NCBI GenBank assembly: GCA_964016885.1
Contig: OZ024740.1
Location: 325,066,001 to 325,130,000, forward strand
Direction: 5' to 3'
Origin: Eledone cirrhosa
Taxonomy: Eukaryota
Length of the DNA: 64,000 nucleotides
This document shows, piece by piece, positions 1 to 13,963 of the stretch (position 1 is its first letter; the number at the start of each line of letters is the position of its first letter). The notes beneath the pieces were generated by a model, which was not told where the DNA came from, did no database searches, and worked only from the letters and a program-made list of their open reading frames with translations. A program made the position numbers and the translations under genes.

Positions 1-8
1 ATATATAA

Positions 9-62
<54 letters not shown>

Positions 63-100
63 TTCTTTGCATGTTGGTATATCTCATATGTTTGTGTATG

Positions 101-234
<134 letters not shown>

Positions 235-813
235 ACTTCTCCTTATCAGTGAGTGTTTGTGTATACGTATGTGTTTCTGCAATTGGTCACGTAAATATTT
301 AGAATATACAGTACAGCTAGACTGTGTTTAACACACCATTGCAAGATCAGTTAAGATGGCTGTATTTAAGAAACCCATTTATTAAAGTACTTGAAAGAAT
401 TCCCACAGTTGTTTGTATCATTATTAAATACATACATATATATATACATATATATACATACATATATATATATATATATTCATAAATATATATACACACA
501 TATATATATATCCATAAATATATATACACAGATATATATATATATATCCATAAATATATATATATATATAGGTGTGTGTGTGTGTGTGTCTGTGCGTGCG
601 TTTGTGTATATGTGTGTGTAAAGTTATCTCCAATATTAAGAATGCGCTACATTGAATCTCGCTTTATGCTCTCGTATCACCTTCACCTTTGATACAACTT
701 CTAATCTAAGGTCTTTGTCTTTCTATTGTTAGTATTACTGTCACTGTTGTTGTTAAATTGTTTTTAATGTTACTATTCCGTTTGTTCTTCTGCGCCATCT
801 TGATCTCGTACTT

Positions 814-876
<63 letters not shown>

Positions 877-1095
877 GTTTATAAGTATTTATACATTTTT
901 ATATGTTTTATAGTTATGGGTATTTTTATGGCTATTTTTTTGTATTTTATCTCACAGCTCTCGAATGAACTTTTTATCCATTGATGGTTCCTTTATGAAT
1001 GCTCAAGCGGAAATATTTGACAACACCCTGTTTCTATCAATGCATACCAAAGTATCACTGTATGAATGTATTAATGTATGCATCTTTAGCTCCAG

Positions 1096-1126
<31 letters not shown>

Positions 1127-1147
1127 GTTGAATAAATGAACATATAC

Positions 1148-1205
<58 letters not shown>

Positions 1206-1363
1206 TCTATCTATGAATACACATAAATACGTATATATACGCATAGACACATACGAAATCTTTAAATGTTTCCGTTTAATGATCCTGTCTATATATATTG
1301 GCACCTGATATCCTGAAATATATATATATGTATAAGCACATTTACATATACATATATATATTC

Positions 1364-1436
<73 letters not shown>

Positions 1437-2384
1437 CATACACACATACACACACACATCTGTCTATTATATTTATTCGTCTGTGCGTTAAATCTTTGCT
1501 TGCAATGGTTCTGAATGTTTCCTCTGATTTTGAACCATGAATATTTAAACATTTCTCGCTGATTTACATATGTTTACAGACTCATCTATGTGTGAGTGTG
1601 TCGGAGCCGATCAAGGATGTAGAAATGTGCTGTTTTTCGATAATCTTCTGTGTATGGCCATGTGTGTGTGTCTGGGTATACTTTTTCTATGTGTATATAT
1701 AAAATGTTTGAATGTATATAATTGTGTGATTCTGTCTATGTACGTATGGCGGTCTATGTGAATATAGTAGTGTTTTTTTTTCTTGATACTTCGCCTAACA
1801 TTTGGTCGTGTTTCCGTAAGTGTGTGTGAGTGCGGCAAGTTATTCTCTGTGTATGTGTGTATTTGTGTGGAGTTTCTACTAACAACTAGTTGCGTATGTA
1901 ATAGTTGTGTTTGTACGTATGTATTTAAATATGCTTATGTATGTTGTGTGTATGTGTGTAAATTGTTGTGTGTGTTTATTTATGGGAGGGGTGTCCATCG
2001 GTGTTGATACACGTGACCGTAGAATATCTTGTGATTAGCCAAACACAAACCATATTAACAGTTGGGAACCGAAAATTCAATAACAGTAAAATATGCACAC
2101 GCACCCACACATACATATATATATGCACTTTACCACCATTACTATCCCCCACCTCCCCCACACACAGATGCACACACATCTTGACAATCCGATATACAGA
2201 TATTCGCTTATATGTCCATATATTGATAAATATGCTATTAACCTAGATAGCAGAAATAAACAAATTGATAAGTAGTATATATTCTGAAACGTATGTATGT
2301 ATTATATATATATATCACTGTCTCTCTCTCACTCTCTCTCTCTCTCTCTCTCTCTTCCTCTCTCTCTCTCTCTCGCTTTCTGTG

Positions 2385-2430
<46 letters not shown>

Positions 2431-3567
2431 ATAGAGAAACACATGGGAAAAAAGGGACGTGAAAACACGGAGGACACAAACACAAAAACCATACCCGCTC
2501 ATCGCCTGTTTCTGTGTCCCATTATAGTTTCGAATGCATTAAAGACAGGACCTATTCCCCACAGTGAATCAATAACTATTGTCGGATAGCTATTCGAAAA
2601 GAAAACACGAAGGACGTCGGCCGAAGAAAAACAAAAAATTAAAAAACAACGTAATATCGACATACCGATATTGGACGGGAAAAGCTACAACCAAAAGCAG
2701 CACACATAAGTGTAGTTAGTAACCGTAAGAAGAAATGGAATACATTAATACAAGTTGTAGGGCATAAGTCCAGGAACAAGTATTAACAAGCAAGACAGGT
2801 GGAGAGATCGACTGAACTGAAAGGTAGTCAGGTCGTAAAAGGAGGGAACAAAGGCTTGAACAGTCGTGTTGGGTGGGGCAGTATGAACGAAAATAGTTAG
2901 AGTAGTAAAAGACCCGAGAGAGAGGGAGAAGAAACGGTAGATTGGTGGATATACATAGAAGGAGGAATAGAGAGTGATAGATCGAGAGAGAGAGAGGGAG
3001 TCACAGCAGTAGTAAACAAAGTTGATTTAAATATGAGGCTGTGAGGTTACTTGGAAATATTATAAAGATGAGTTTGTATGCAGCTCTACTCTGAGTTTTA
3101 GTTCTTCATACTCAGACGACTGGTTTTATGGTATTTGAAGTTGATTTTTCTAAACCAGCTTTTGGAGTAACCTTTGTCTTGCTGTAAAGCAATTGGTGAG
3201 AATTATAAATTTACATATGGTTACATTTTATATAAAATTGTAAAAAATATTTGATAGAAAAATATCTATGCAAAATATATTTCTACAAACAGGTTCTATA
3301 AAAAATATTAATAACACATATTTATGAATGACTCATCACTGAACTTATAAAATGTTCAAATACCTGACAAATGTTGAATGGTAAATTAAATGGTGTTTTT
3401 TTTTCTACTATTTTTCATAGAAATTTTAATATTTAACAATGGGCAATGTATGTATGGAATTTACGCTAAAATGGCTTTATTTCGGGTGTGCTTCATAATT
3501 GAAGATATTAAAAATGTTTTACATTTAATATATATGATTCTTTTAAATGTACACACACCAACATATA

Positions 3568-3963
3568 CGAGGGTAATCCCAAAAGTAAGGTCTCCAAAGC
3601 GATGGGGCGCAGAGAAACTGTTCATACGGCTGTTGGCAACACTGTTGTGATTGGTGCTTCCTTCACTCCCAAACAAGCATGCACGCGCTTGGCTGGGATG
3701 CTCAATCTTGGCTTGGCAGCCGTTGCGAATGGAGCTCCCGTTGAACGCTACCGCCAAGTGCGAATTTCGCGCAGTTATTATATAGAGGGCAATCCCAAAA
3801 GTAAGGTCTCCTTCCGAGGAAAACATGCGTAAAGATCGGCGGATCACTCTAGATGCTCCCTGTATTTTGGTTCCTGAGGTTTCCCGAAGCACCATCCACA
3901 GGATTTGAACGGAAAAGTTGCAATATCGGAAGGAGACCTTACTTTTGGGATTGATTGACCTCG
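3568..3963. mobile_element. Tc1/mariner-type MITE (deletion derivative) with a duplicated left TIR
   Basis: TA|CGAGGGTAATCCCAAAAGTAAGGTCTCC (3568-3595), a second copy at ~3784-3811, and the inverted copy GGAGACCTTACTTTTGGGATTGATTGACCTCG|TA (3932-3963). TA flanks; a short MELPLNATAKCEFRAVI stretch resembles a mariner transposase N-terminus. Confidence 0.8.
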
Positions 3964-4052
3964 TACATTAACACTTTAACTCGTTCACAAATACGGAGAG
4001 TCAGACAGTGTCACATAAGTACACATATTCTCTCTCTCTCTCTCGCTCTCTC

Positions 4053-4084
<32 letters not shown>

Positions 4085-4440
4085 GACCTCTCCCTCGTCA
4101 TACTCTAGCCAACGCCGTTTTTTTTAATTTTACATTCATTTCCCTATATTTTCTTTAATTACTATGGAACATATATCCTCTAAATGGCGATGATTTGTTC
4201 TAAGTATGTGTCAATCCATCTTCCAACTGCTATTGGGATTAGTGTTTTGTTGTTGTTGTTGTTGTTATTGCTGGTCATAGATAGATCCATTGGTAAAGAT
4301 AGATATATATATATAGCTATAGATAGAGAGATGGGTAGGTAGATAGATAAATTGACAAATAACTATGTCGACTGGTAGGTAGGCAAATAGATAGATAGAT
4401 AGATAGACAGATAGATAGATTGATAAATAGATAGTAGATA

Positions 4441-5320
4441 CATTTCTTTATTAGCCACAAGGGCACAAAAGAAGGGGACAAATACAAATGGGGAGTTTAC
4501 ATAGAGGTATATGAAAATAAAACTATTAATAAAACAACAAATAACAATTGAAATCCCCAATAGGGGGGGGGGGTTACACAGGGGTTGTACACACCCCGAA
4601 AAAATGTACAACCCTCATCTCCAGGAGCACCAAGAGTGAGTACTCCCTTCCTCTCTTCCTCTTTTTCCTCAACCTACAGTCTTATATAGAGAGAAGGCCC
4701 AACCACTCGGGCCATCTTTGCCACATTCACCCACCTTTTATAAAATTTGCTGGGGTACAGCACCTCTCTCTCCACCCTGATTCTTCTTCCAAAATGATAT
4801 TTGAAAAAACGAATCAGTTGCTCTCCGGAGAGAAAGGTGTCTGACCTAAGCCCTTTTAACCTCGTCCACCATATAACCTCTTTCACCATGGCCATAACAC
4901 ATAGGAAAACCGCCTCTCCCTCGTTTTTGAAGGAGGGTGGCGGTTTGATAATGACAATGGACTCGGTGGTCAACTGGATTGGTCCCAACCGCGACAATAG
5001 TCGTTCTACATAGCCCCACAGGTCGGTAACGCCCGGGCAGTGTACAAATGCGAGTGCAACGGTTTCCTCGTCGCGCACGCAGCATCTCGGACAGATCTTT
5101 TTCGAAGGATCCCTACCCGGCGCCCGTGTCTGTAGAGCTTTCTCGAACTGGTAGAGCTCCCCGGTAGCACTGCCAGGCCAGGGACTTTTGGAAGTTGTCC
5201 ATTGGTCCCGGGCGGAAGGTCCTACTGAACAGACTGGCCAGTCCGTCCTCCTCTACGCCTAGAGTTTCTCCGAGAGTGTCGTCGCACTTGCTGCGGACCA
5301 ACCCTCTATAGAATGTCGAG
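4441..5320 (-). mobile_element. 5'-truncated Tx1/L1-group non-LTR retrotransposon inserted in a (GATA)n/(TATC)n tract
   Basis: Translated fragments (PGPMDNFQKSLAWQCYRGALPVR; KEVIWWTRLKGL) match the ORF2 C-terminus of the element at 19.4-24.7 kb. The 3' end reads CCCTTGTGGCTAATAAAGAAATG then TATC-type repeats; GATA repeats lie on both flanks. Confidence 0.9.
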
Positions 5321-6754
5321 ATAGATAGTAGATAGATAGATAGGCAGATAGAGAAATAAACAGGAAAACAGATAGAGATAAACAGACTAATAGGTAAGAC
5401 TGCGACACAAACAGACGAATAGACAGACGGATAGATTGATGATTTTATTATCCGCAGATTGATAGATACCTTGGTTGGTAGCTATAGATAACTATTGTTC
5501 AACTGTTAGCCATCTCTTCAATACTGTTTGTGCGAGAGAGGGAGATTGGGGGGATTAAATGAACGCATATACATACTCAAATTATCGGACAAATTGTAAC
5601 TTGATCCATGTGACTTGAATGGGGTGGTGTCGAGGTTGGCTGACTAGCCCTGGTCATCGCCATTTAAATTAATTTGAACTCAAAGAATGTAAATGGACGG
5701 GAACATATACCGTAAATCATCTCTTCAGGTGCTCTAACAATTCTACCAATCCGATCCTTAGACAAGTACTTTATTTATCGATTCCGAATGAATAAAAGTG
5801 AAAGTTGATCTAGGCCAGATTTGAACTCAGAACCCAGTGAGCCAGAGAACAAATACCTCAAGACGTACAAATCGACGGCCGAACGATTCTATTTCATTGC
5901 TATTTTAATTTAAACATTAATGTTATATATGTTTGTATAGGTGTATTTAAATTATATGTGTGTGTGTCTGAGTATTCTGTATGTATGTGCATATGTCCAT
6001 TGGGTGTGTGTTGGGGTGGTAAGTGGGTGTATCCTATTTAAATTAGAACCAATTATTTCTTAGGATTTAAATCTGACGATTGAGGAATATAAACCAAATT
6101 TTAAGGAATGTGTGAGCAGTAAAATATATATTTTATGATCGCCTACAGCCAAATAAATCGTGTACGCGAGAGTGTATGTGTAGGTGTGTGTGATGTTTGT
6201 AGAATGGTTTGTGGTGGCTGCAGTAGTAGTAGTGTGTTTATGTGTCTATGTTATACCTACTTTTTTCAAAAATAATTATTTTATTTTATTATATAGTTTC
6301 TTGATGGTGCTCAACTTTGAAATCATAAAATTCCCCGACATAAAACCTAACCAATAAAGAAGCAATAAATCCTTTCGGGTTAAAACTAAAAATATGGTGC
6401 CCCGCACCCTGTGGCTAAAGTTTAATGAGTGAAACCACTCAAGGAATAAACTAACAATGCAAGAATTTTCCAGTGAAGATAAACTACACTATTTCAATAT
6501 CGTTGGTTGTTATGGTTAACGACAGGAAAGAAACGACAAACTTTAGAATATAGATGGTTATGTCGGTAGAAACATTAAAGGTTTTGATGGTTTATATAGT
6601 ATATATGTATATGTAGGTGGAAGAGAGAGTGGAAGAAAGAGAAAAAAGGTCAGAGAGAGGGGAGAATATAGAAAATATACACAGTGGTGCCCCAGCATGA
6701 ACGCAACCTAATGACTGAAACCAGTAAAAGAATATGTACATGTATATATATATA

Positions 6755-6786
<32 letters not shown>

Positions 6787-6990
6787 TACTAAAGACATTT
6801 TAGCCTGATAGTGGGGTTTAGAACCCTCAGAGAAATGGAAAAAGATGAGTATTGACTTTAGTCAAAAAATACGCTGAAAGCTTCTATTTTCTAATTTCAA
6901 ACTTGCTCACTGTTTCAAAAACATACTTACTTGATATATATATATATATATATATATAGTGTGTGTGTGTATGTGTGTGTGTGTGCGTGT

Positions 6991-7044
<54 letters not shown>

Positions 7045-7060
7045 GTGTGCGTGTGTGTGT

Positions 7061-7176
<116 letters not shown>

Positions 7177-7497
7177 AATGAGGGAGGATGTGCGTGAGAG
7201 AAAGACATAGGGATATGCATGTAGGGAGAAAGTAAATAAATAAACCAATTAAATTAAGATGAGATGGAGTTCGGACTTGGAAAGATGACATTGCTTGACT
7301 GTGATTATTGCTTGGATGTGATAGATTTATAGTGTTTGACAGTTAGGTAAATATAAGATGGTGTCAAAAGGAATATTTCGTGGATAATAGAATAAAAATC
7401 ACATGAACACATAATAAACCCGCACTGACACACTGTACACATTCCACACTATGAAGTACTACTACTACTACTGCTGCTGCTACTACTGCTGCTGCTG

Positions 7498-7531
<34 letters not shown>

Positions 7532-7810
7532 CCGTGCTTTCGCTAAATGTTATGGGTGTCCATGACGTTACTAACAGACACAGTCAACCTTTTGACCAAC
7601 TTTCTTTGAATACAAGGCAGGACCCAATAATAGACGACTGAAAATAGAGAGGACAGCACTGTTACTGGGCTGGTACTTTTCCTATCTATCCCGAAAGGAT
7701 GAAAGGCAAAGTGGAATTCAAGAGATTTGTACTTAAACCACAGAGACACTTAGCAATCCAACACCCTAAGGAATCAACCGGCATATATATATATATATAT
7801 TTCTGGATAT

Positions 7811-7853
7811 GTAATCCTGAAGATTTCTAATAAGAATGAAACGCGTAGGTTAC
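7811..7853 (+). ncRNA. Type I minimal hammerhead ribozyme (array copy 1)
   Basis: GTAATC-CTGAAGA-T TTCT AATA AGAA T-GAAA-CGCG-TA-GGTTAC. Stem I GUAAUC/GGUUAC, full core, palindromic stem III ACGCGT, GUA cleavage triplet; the first pair of stem II is U-U. Confidence 0.8.
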
Positions 7854-8109
7854 TTCCCTTGCTTTTATCGAGAATCTAATTGTAATACGTGACGTATTCT
7901 ATTCTATAGCGATTAGGTCTTTTATAAACATACAGAATATTTTCGAATATTCTATGTCTATCTTCACATATATATCGCTATTTCAGAGCATTTAATCCAA
8001 TTTCTAATTTCTGCCGGACCGGCAACCGCTCTTTCAAACCAGTTCCTGTACACAGCTAAGTATTCTATAAGTCTCTAGCTGTGTCATTCTCGATAAAAGC
8101 ACTGGATAT

Positions 8110-8152
8110 GTAATCCTGAAGATTTCTAATAAGAATGAAACGCGTAGGTTAC
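8110..8152 (+). ncRNA. Type I minimal hammerhead ribozyme (array copy 2)
   Basis: Identical to 7811-7853. Confidence 0.8.
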
Positions 8153-8419
8153 TTCCCTTGCTTTTATCGAGAATCTAATTGTAATACGTGACGTATTCTA
8201 TTCTATAGCGATTAGGTCTTCAAAATGTTTATTATAAACATACAGAATATTTTCGAATATTCTATGTCTATCTTCACATATATATCGCTATTTCAGAGCA
8301 TTTAATCCAATTTCTAATTTCTGCCGGACCGGCAACCGCTCTTTCAAACCAGTTCCTGTACACAGCTAAGTATTCTATAAGTCTCTAGCTGTGTCATTCT
8401 CGATAAAAGCACTGGATAT

Positions 8420-8462
8420 GTAATCCTGAAGATTTCTAATAAGAATGAAACGCGTAGGTTAC
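8420..8462 (+). ncRNA. Type I minimal hammerhead ribozyme (array copy 3)
   Basis: Identical to 7811-7853. Confidence 0.8.
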
Positions 8463-8619
8463 TTCCCTTGCTTTTATCGAGAATCTAATTGTAATACGTG
8501 ACGTATTCTATTCTATAGCGATTAGGTCTTCAAAATGTTTATTATAAACATACAGAATATTTTCGAATATTCTATGTCTATCTTCACATATATATCGCTA
8601 TTTCAGAGCATTTAATCCA

Positions 8620-8660
<41 letters not shown>

Positions 8661-10697
8661 AACGAGTAGGACCCCAACGGCTGAGCTCAAGCCGTTTCGA
8701 CGGCTAATTCTGGACTAAAAAAAAAATTAGCCGTCGAAACGGCATCAATATGATCGACTTTCCTCTTCGAAACGGCATCAATATGATCGAAACGGCATCA
8801 ATATGATTGACTTTCCTCTTCCCCAAAATTGCGAATTTTAAAAAGAATTATTATATATGATAAACCAGCTGAAATATTTTCAGTTGTATATAGCTTCCAA
8901 ATCTATACGAACATATCGGGCATTGCTATATTTCTATTAGCTCATTTTGGTATATATCATTTTATTATTATGCAAATTACACTGAATACCAGGATGTTTC
9001 TTGTGACGGTTTTCGTTGATCCAATTATTTATTCTTTCATTCCTACATCTATCTCGGTTCTTATTCTTCACTATCGTTCAAATCGCTCTTCCTTTTGTAA
9101 CTCGAGAAATCTAAAGATTTTAGCTGCCAAGTTTATTACTATGACTCACCAGGTTTTATCTCTGTCTATATATTTATTAATTCATATATATATATATGTG
9201 TGTGTGTTTGTGTGTTTGTGTGTGTGTGTGAATTGGTTTCGATATCTCTGCAGTAATCTTACTAATATTACACTCTACACACGCGCACACACACACATGC
9301 ACATTCACGCGCACGCGAACACACACATACACACACACATGTATATATATATATATATATATATATATGCATACATATATGTGTGTCTGTGAATAAAATT
9401 GAAGCTGAGAGCTCCCCCTCTCTCTTTCTCCTCTTCCTCTCTCTCTCTCTCGCGCTCTCTCTGTATATATATATGAAAGCCAAGGAATCCAAATACAGAA
9501 AAGAACTGCAACAACAGTCGGTCTATCTTAGTAATAACTTTACAAAATCAGGTAAAATATCCTCAAGCATGGAAAAAGCTGGCCCTTTTTCCATCCCTAA
9601 GGATATTTAACCTGATTTTCCAGCCTATTATTTACACCTATTTTCTACCTATTATTTATAGCGATCGACTGTCGTTGATGTTATGTTAATATTATAACAT
9701 GATACCTTCCTCAGTCTGATTTGAACCCGGAAAATTCGTCTCCAAAGCACATGCCTTAGTAGAGTGACTTTGGGGAAGACAAGCAGTCACCCGTGCAAGC
9801 TACTCTCCCCTCTTTATGCTAACAATGTTGTCCAAAGGAAAGGAAAAGGCCGATACAGCTTGGCATCAGTGTCGTCTCAATTCATGTCGTGACTATATAT
9901 ACACTATATATGGTGTCCAATGGAAAGGCAAATGGCGATAAAGCTAGGCAGCGTAGGTTGTTGTAACTCATATATACACTATATACACTATACATACACT
10001 ATATATAAGGTTTTCCAAGGGCCAGGCAAAATCACCAGTATCATCTTAACTCATTGTTACCAATTGAATAGTGTGGAACAACGTGAAATAAAGTATCTTA
10101 TTCAATGACACAAGGTGCTGCCTTGTCTGAGAATAGAACTCATGACCTTACGCTCGTAAGCCCAGTATTCTAACCACTAGACCAGATTAAAAGGTGGTCA
10201 ACACGGTGAAAGTATCAACAAATTTAATACTGAAGCTCACATTTTCTTTTAACTTAGACTCTGTTATGATTTCAATCCTCAACAACATGAAGACATGTAA
10301 CAATAATAAATCGTTATTTGATTGGTCACTTCCGAAATTGATATTTCACAATGTCAGGTTCAATATATGATGTTAGACAGTGATTTTTAAAATGAGGCCA
10401 GATTATTGTCCTTTCCACTTGCTGATAAAAGTTTTCAATTGTGAAGTTGTGTGCATGAAACACCAATTGACACTTACCGAAATTACCAGAATATTCCAAT
10501 AAACGTTTTTGATATTGCTTGGGGCAATAGAAGTGTTGGTTCTTTTATTGAATCCGACATTATTCCGTGTGAAATCTGTCGAAAGTTTATAAGGTAATGT
10601 GATAGCTCTGGCCTCCATTACAATGTAATTTAAACGATTCTGGTCACGACATGTTTCTTCTATGTGTTTGTCTATTATATATTATTGTCTGTTATAT

Positions 10698-11100
10698 GAA
10701 GGCGTGTGGCTTAGTGGTCAGAGTGTTCCTTCACCATTGTCAGGTGATGAATTAGATTTACAGCGGCGTTCATTCACGAGTTAGTTGTTCAGGTAATCGT
10801 AATGCCTATACATGAGGGTACGTGGCAGAGAGGTTAGGGTATCCAGGTCACTGTCATAAGGTTGTGAGTTGACTTTGATTCCGAGTCCTCCGTTGTGTCC
10901 TTGAGCAAGACACTTTATTCCCGCTACTACAGTCCACTCAGATGGGACAAAAGTTAGGCCTACCTGTAATTCAAAGGCTCAACCTTATGACGCACTGTAT
11001 CACGCTGAATCTCCCTGAGAACTACATTAAATTTACCCGTATCTATGAAATGCTCAGACAATTATCACATTATTTTCAGAAACAAGCTGTTCTGTTGATC
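10698..11100 (+). mobile_element. tRNA-derived SINE(s) with a CORE-like central box, degenerate
   Basis: A-box GTGGCTTAGTGG (~10705), second head at ~10820, central GTGTCCTTGAGCAAGACACTT, 3' part CACGCTGAATCTCCCTGAGAACTAC shared with 15.8-16.0 kb and 46.5-46.85 kb. Confidence 0.65.
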
Positions 11101-11181
11101 AAAAACTAAAAGATTTGTCGGAACAGATGAAGGTCCAGCACATAACATATATTGATATTTTGTATATGTGTGTGTGTTATA

Positions 11182-11232
<51 letters not shown>

Positions 11233-11491
11233 CTGTTATTGTTTGCCGTGATATTTTTGTGGGCATTTTGAAAATATTTTGTTTTGTAGGGAAATAGTAA
11301 ACAAAAAAAAAACAAAAGAAAAACAGTAGAACGGCAGGCATTGTACGATGGCCGTCTTGGGCCTCATTTTACCTGTCGACTTCCTGAGTTCCACTAATGA
11401 GGACATTATATTCCCCTTCCAGAAACTCAATCAATTAATAGTACGTATGGTCGCATCTGAATTTATGGAGATTTGACTGCTATATAAGTTA

Positions 11492-13096
11492 GCCAGATGG
11501 GCTGAACATTTCAAGGAAGTCCTCAACCGACCGGAGCCACGTGTGCCAGCAGACACTAAGGAACCTACTAGTTTGTTGCCTATCAATACTGATGACTTCA
11601 CCGAGAAGGAAGTCCGCATGGCCATCAAAACCCTTAAGAATAACAAGTCACCAGGTATGGATGGCATTTCTGCTGAAATGCTGAAGTCAGGAGGCGAAAG
11701 CATGGTCAAGTGGATGGGCCACTTATGTAATCTTGTGTGGAACACAGGTGAAGTCCCAGAAGATTGGAGAAACGGAGCGGTTGTCTGTATCCCCAAGAAG
11801 GGCAACCTTGCCGAGTGTGACAACTGGAGGGGAGTGACACTTCTCTCCATACCAGGGAAGGTCTATTGTCTGATGATCCTGAACCGCATACGTGGCATGG
11901 TAGACCGGGAACTGAGAGAACAACAAGCAGGGTTCCGACCAAAACGTTCCTGTCCAGAGCAGATTTTTACGTTACACCGCATCATTGAGAGGTACAACGA
12001 ATTCCAGAGGCCCCTCACCGTCAGCTTCATCGATTTCTCCAAAGCATTCGATAGCATTCATCGACCGTCACTCTGGAGCATCATGCATGAGTATGGTCTG
12101 CCCCAGAAAGTCATTTCGGCAATCAAACTGATTTACGCAAACTCCAAGTGCTGCATACGGACAGAGGATAGTTACAGTGACTGGTTTGAGGTGGTTACTG
12201 GTGTGCGTCAAGGTTGCTCGCTCTCTCCAATTCTCTTTGCCATAGCCATTGACTGGGTACTAAGAAGAGCGTCTAAAGACCAGGGTATATCTTGGGTGGG
12301 AGAGCAAAAGTTGTCTGACCTGGATTTGCGGACGATATTGTTATACTTGCAGAGAGCACAGCTAACCTGCAAATCATTATGAACAATATCAATGTCGAAG
12401 CAGGAAGCTTAGGTCTCAATATCAGTGCTAAGAAGACCAAAAGCATGTTATCTGGGACACACCCATCACCAACTAGTGTTTTCATTGAACAGGGGGAGTT
12501 GGAGATAGTGGACAACTTCACCTACCTAGGAAGCTCCATTGACAATGGGGGCGTCATGGACAGTGAATTGCAATGTAGAATGGGAAAGGCTTCATCAGCA
12601 TTTAACCAGCTTGTCAAGATCTGGAAGAGCAGGAAGTTCACCCTCAAAACAAAGATGAGATTCTACAACAGCAACGTGCTGTCCACACTCTTGTACGGAA
12701 GTGAAACATGGCACCTTAAGACCAGCCAAGAGAAGAAGTTGGACGCATTCGATTCCAGGTGTCTGCGAAAGATCCTGGGGATTAAATGGAGTGACCATGT
12801 AACAAACCAGGAAGTCAGGAACCGCACCAACCAGCAGCTAGTCTCTTCTGCCATCTGCAAGCGACGCCTGGGCTGGTTTGGGCACGTTTTGAGACTTCCC
12901 CCGGAGAGACTGGCGAACCAATTACTTAAATGGAACCCACAGGGAAGCAGACGGAGAGGGCGACCCAAAATGAACTGGCGCCAGACGGTTGAGAGGGACC
13001 TGCGAGCGACAAACAGACAATGGCGGGACGCTGTGGAACACTATGATTGCCTCATGCGTCGCAAGACGCGGGAGCTTCTGAGTCTGAGTCTGAGTG
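11492..13096 (+). mobile_element. 5'-truncated RTE-clade LINE (RT pseudogene, frameshifted)
   Basis: ORFs 11543-12382 and 12379-13113 carry KSPGMDGI, NWRGVTLLS, FIDFSKAFDS, GVRQGCSLSP, a frameshift inside DLD(F)ADD at ~12325, FTYLGS, LLYGSETW and RRLGWFGHVLR. The 3' tail is (CTGAGT)3. Confidence 0.92.
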
Positions 13097-13634
13097 ACTG
13101 CTATTTCCAGTAGGTCTTGTAGTTGCTCAACGTCAACTCTCAGTTTTAAAATGTTTTTGTTTGTTGTATAAATATTTTTTATTTATAAGACAAAATAAAT
13201 TAAAAAAATACCGAAGAGAGACAGATGTTGAACGATTCTCTCATTGTGTTGATGTTTCTCTTTGTAGCTCTACATTCTTGTTTCAAATCTCACCAAAGAG
13301 GACAATATATTTCCCTCTCTAGTGCTTAGTAAATTAAATAGTGCTGTCGATTCACTTGATTTATTTTCTATCCATTACGTATGTGTGGTCTTGTGGTAAT
13401 GTTTTTTCTCTTGTGGTAATGTTTTCTCTCTTTTTACTTTATTAATGTCATTTAGAAGAAAGGTAAAACCTATGTGTGTGTTCATTTGTACTGATCCCTT
13501 ACAATCATTTCTCTGTAAGAACCACATTCTTTGTGGACACCCACCCACACCACACCAATACATCGTTATTTCGCCATTAGAAACACCAACAATAATCTCT
13601 CATAACAACTTGCTAGACACACAAACAGACAGAG

Positions 13635-13930
13635 AGACATATTGTGACATACAGAAACACAAAGGCACACATATATATATATATACAGACTCACAGAAAC
13701 TTAGAGATACATATACAGAGACATATTATGACACACAGAAACGCATATACATATACACACATATATATATATACAGACTCACAGAAACCTAGAGACACAT
13801 ATAGAGAAACATATTATGACACACAGAAACGCATATACATATACACACATATATATATATACAGACTCACAGAAACCTAGAGACACATATACAGAAACAT
13901 ATTATGACACACAGAAACGCATATACATAT

Positions 13931-13945
<15 letters not shown>
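13635..13945. repeat. ~92-bp minisatellite, ~3 copies
   Basis: ACAGACTCACAGAAAC(C/T)TAGAGA...CATATTATGACACACAGAAACGCATATAC repeated three times. Confidence 0.8.

Positions 13946-13963
<18 letters not shown>

Larger units (their letters stand above)
7803..8623 (+). repeat. Head-to-tail array of ~2.7 units (299/310 bp), each with a hammerhead ribozyme, flanked by (TA)n (retrozyme or Penelope pLTR-like)
   Basis: CTGGATATGTAATCC recurs at 7803, 8102 and 8412. Units are near-identical except for an ~11-nt deletion in unit 1. (TA)n lies at 7783-7800 and 8623-8658. Confidence 0.9.

Noticed and set aside
4450-4464. Resemblance of the Tx1 3' end (CCTTGTGGCTAA) to the U2 snRNA 5' sequence
   Set aside because: The match is too short and no further U2 sequence is present.
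7803-8623. CRISPR-like or plain satellite reading of the direct repeats (also 13.6, 46.5 and 47.2 kb)
   Set aside because: Whole units repeat without unique spacers, the context is eukaryotic, and no cas genes are present.
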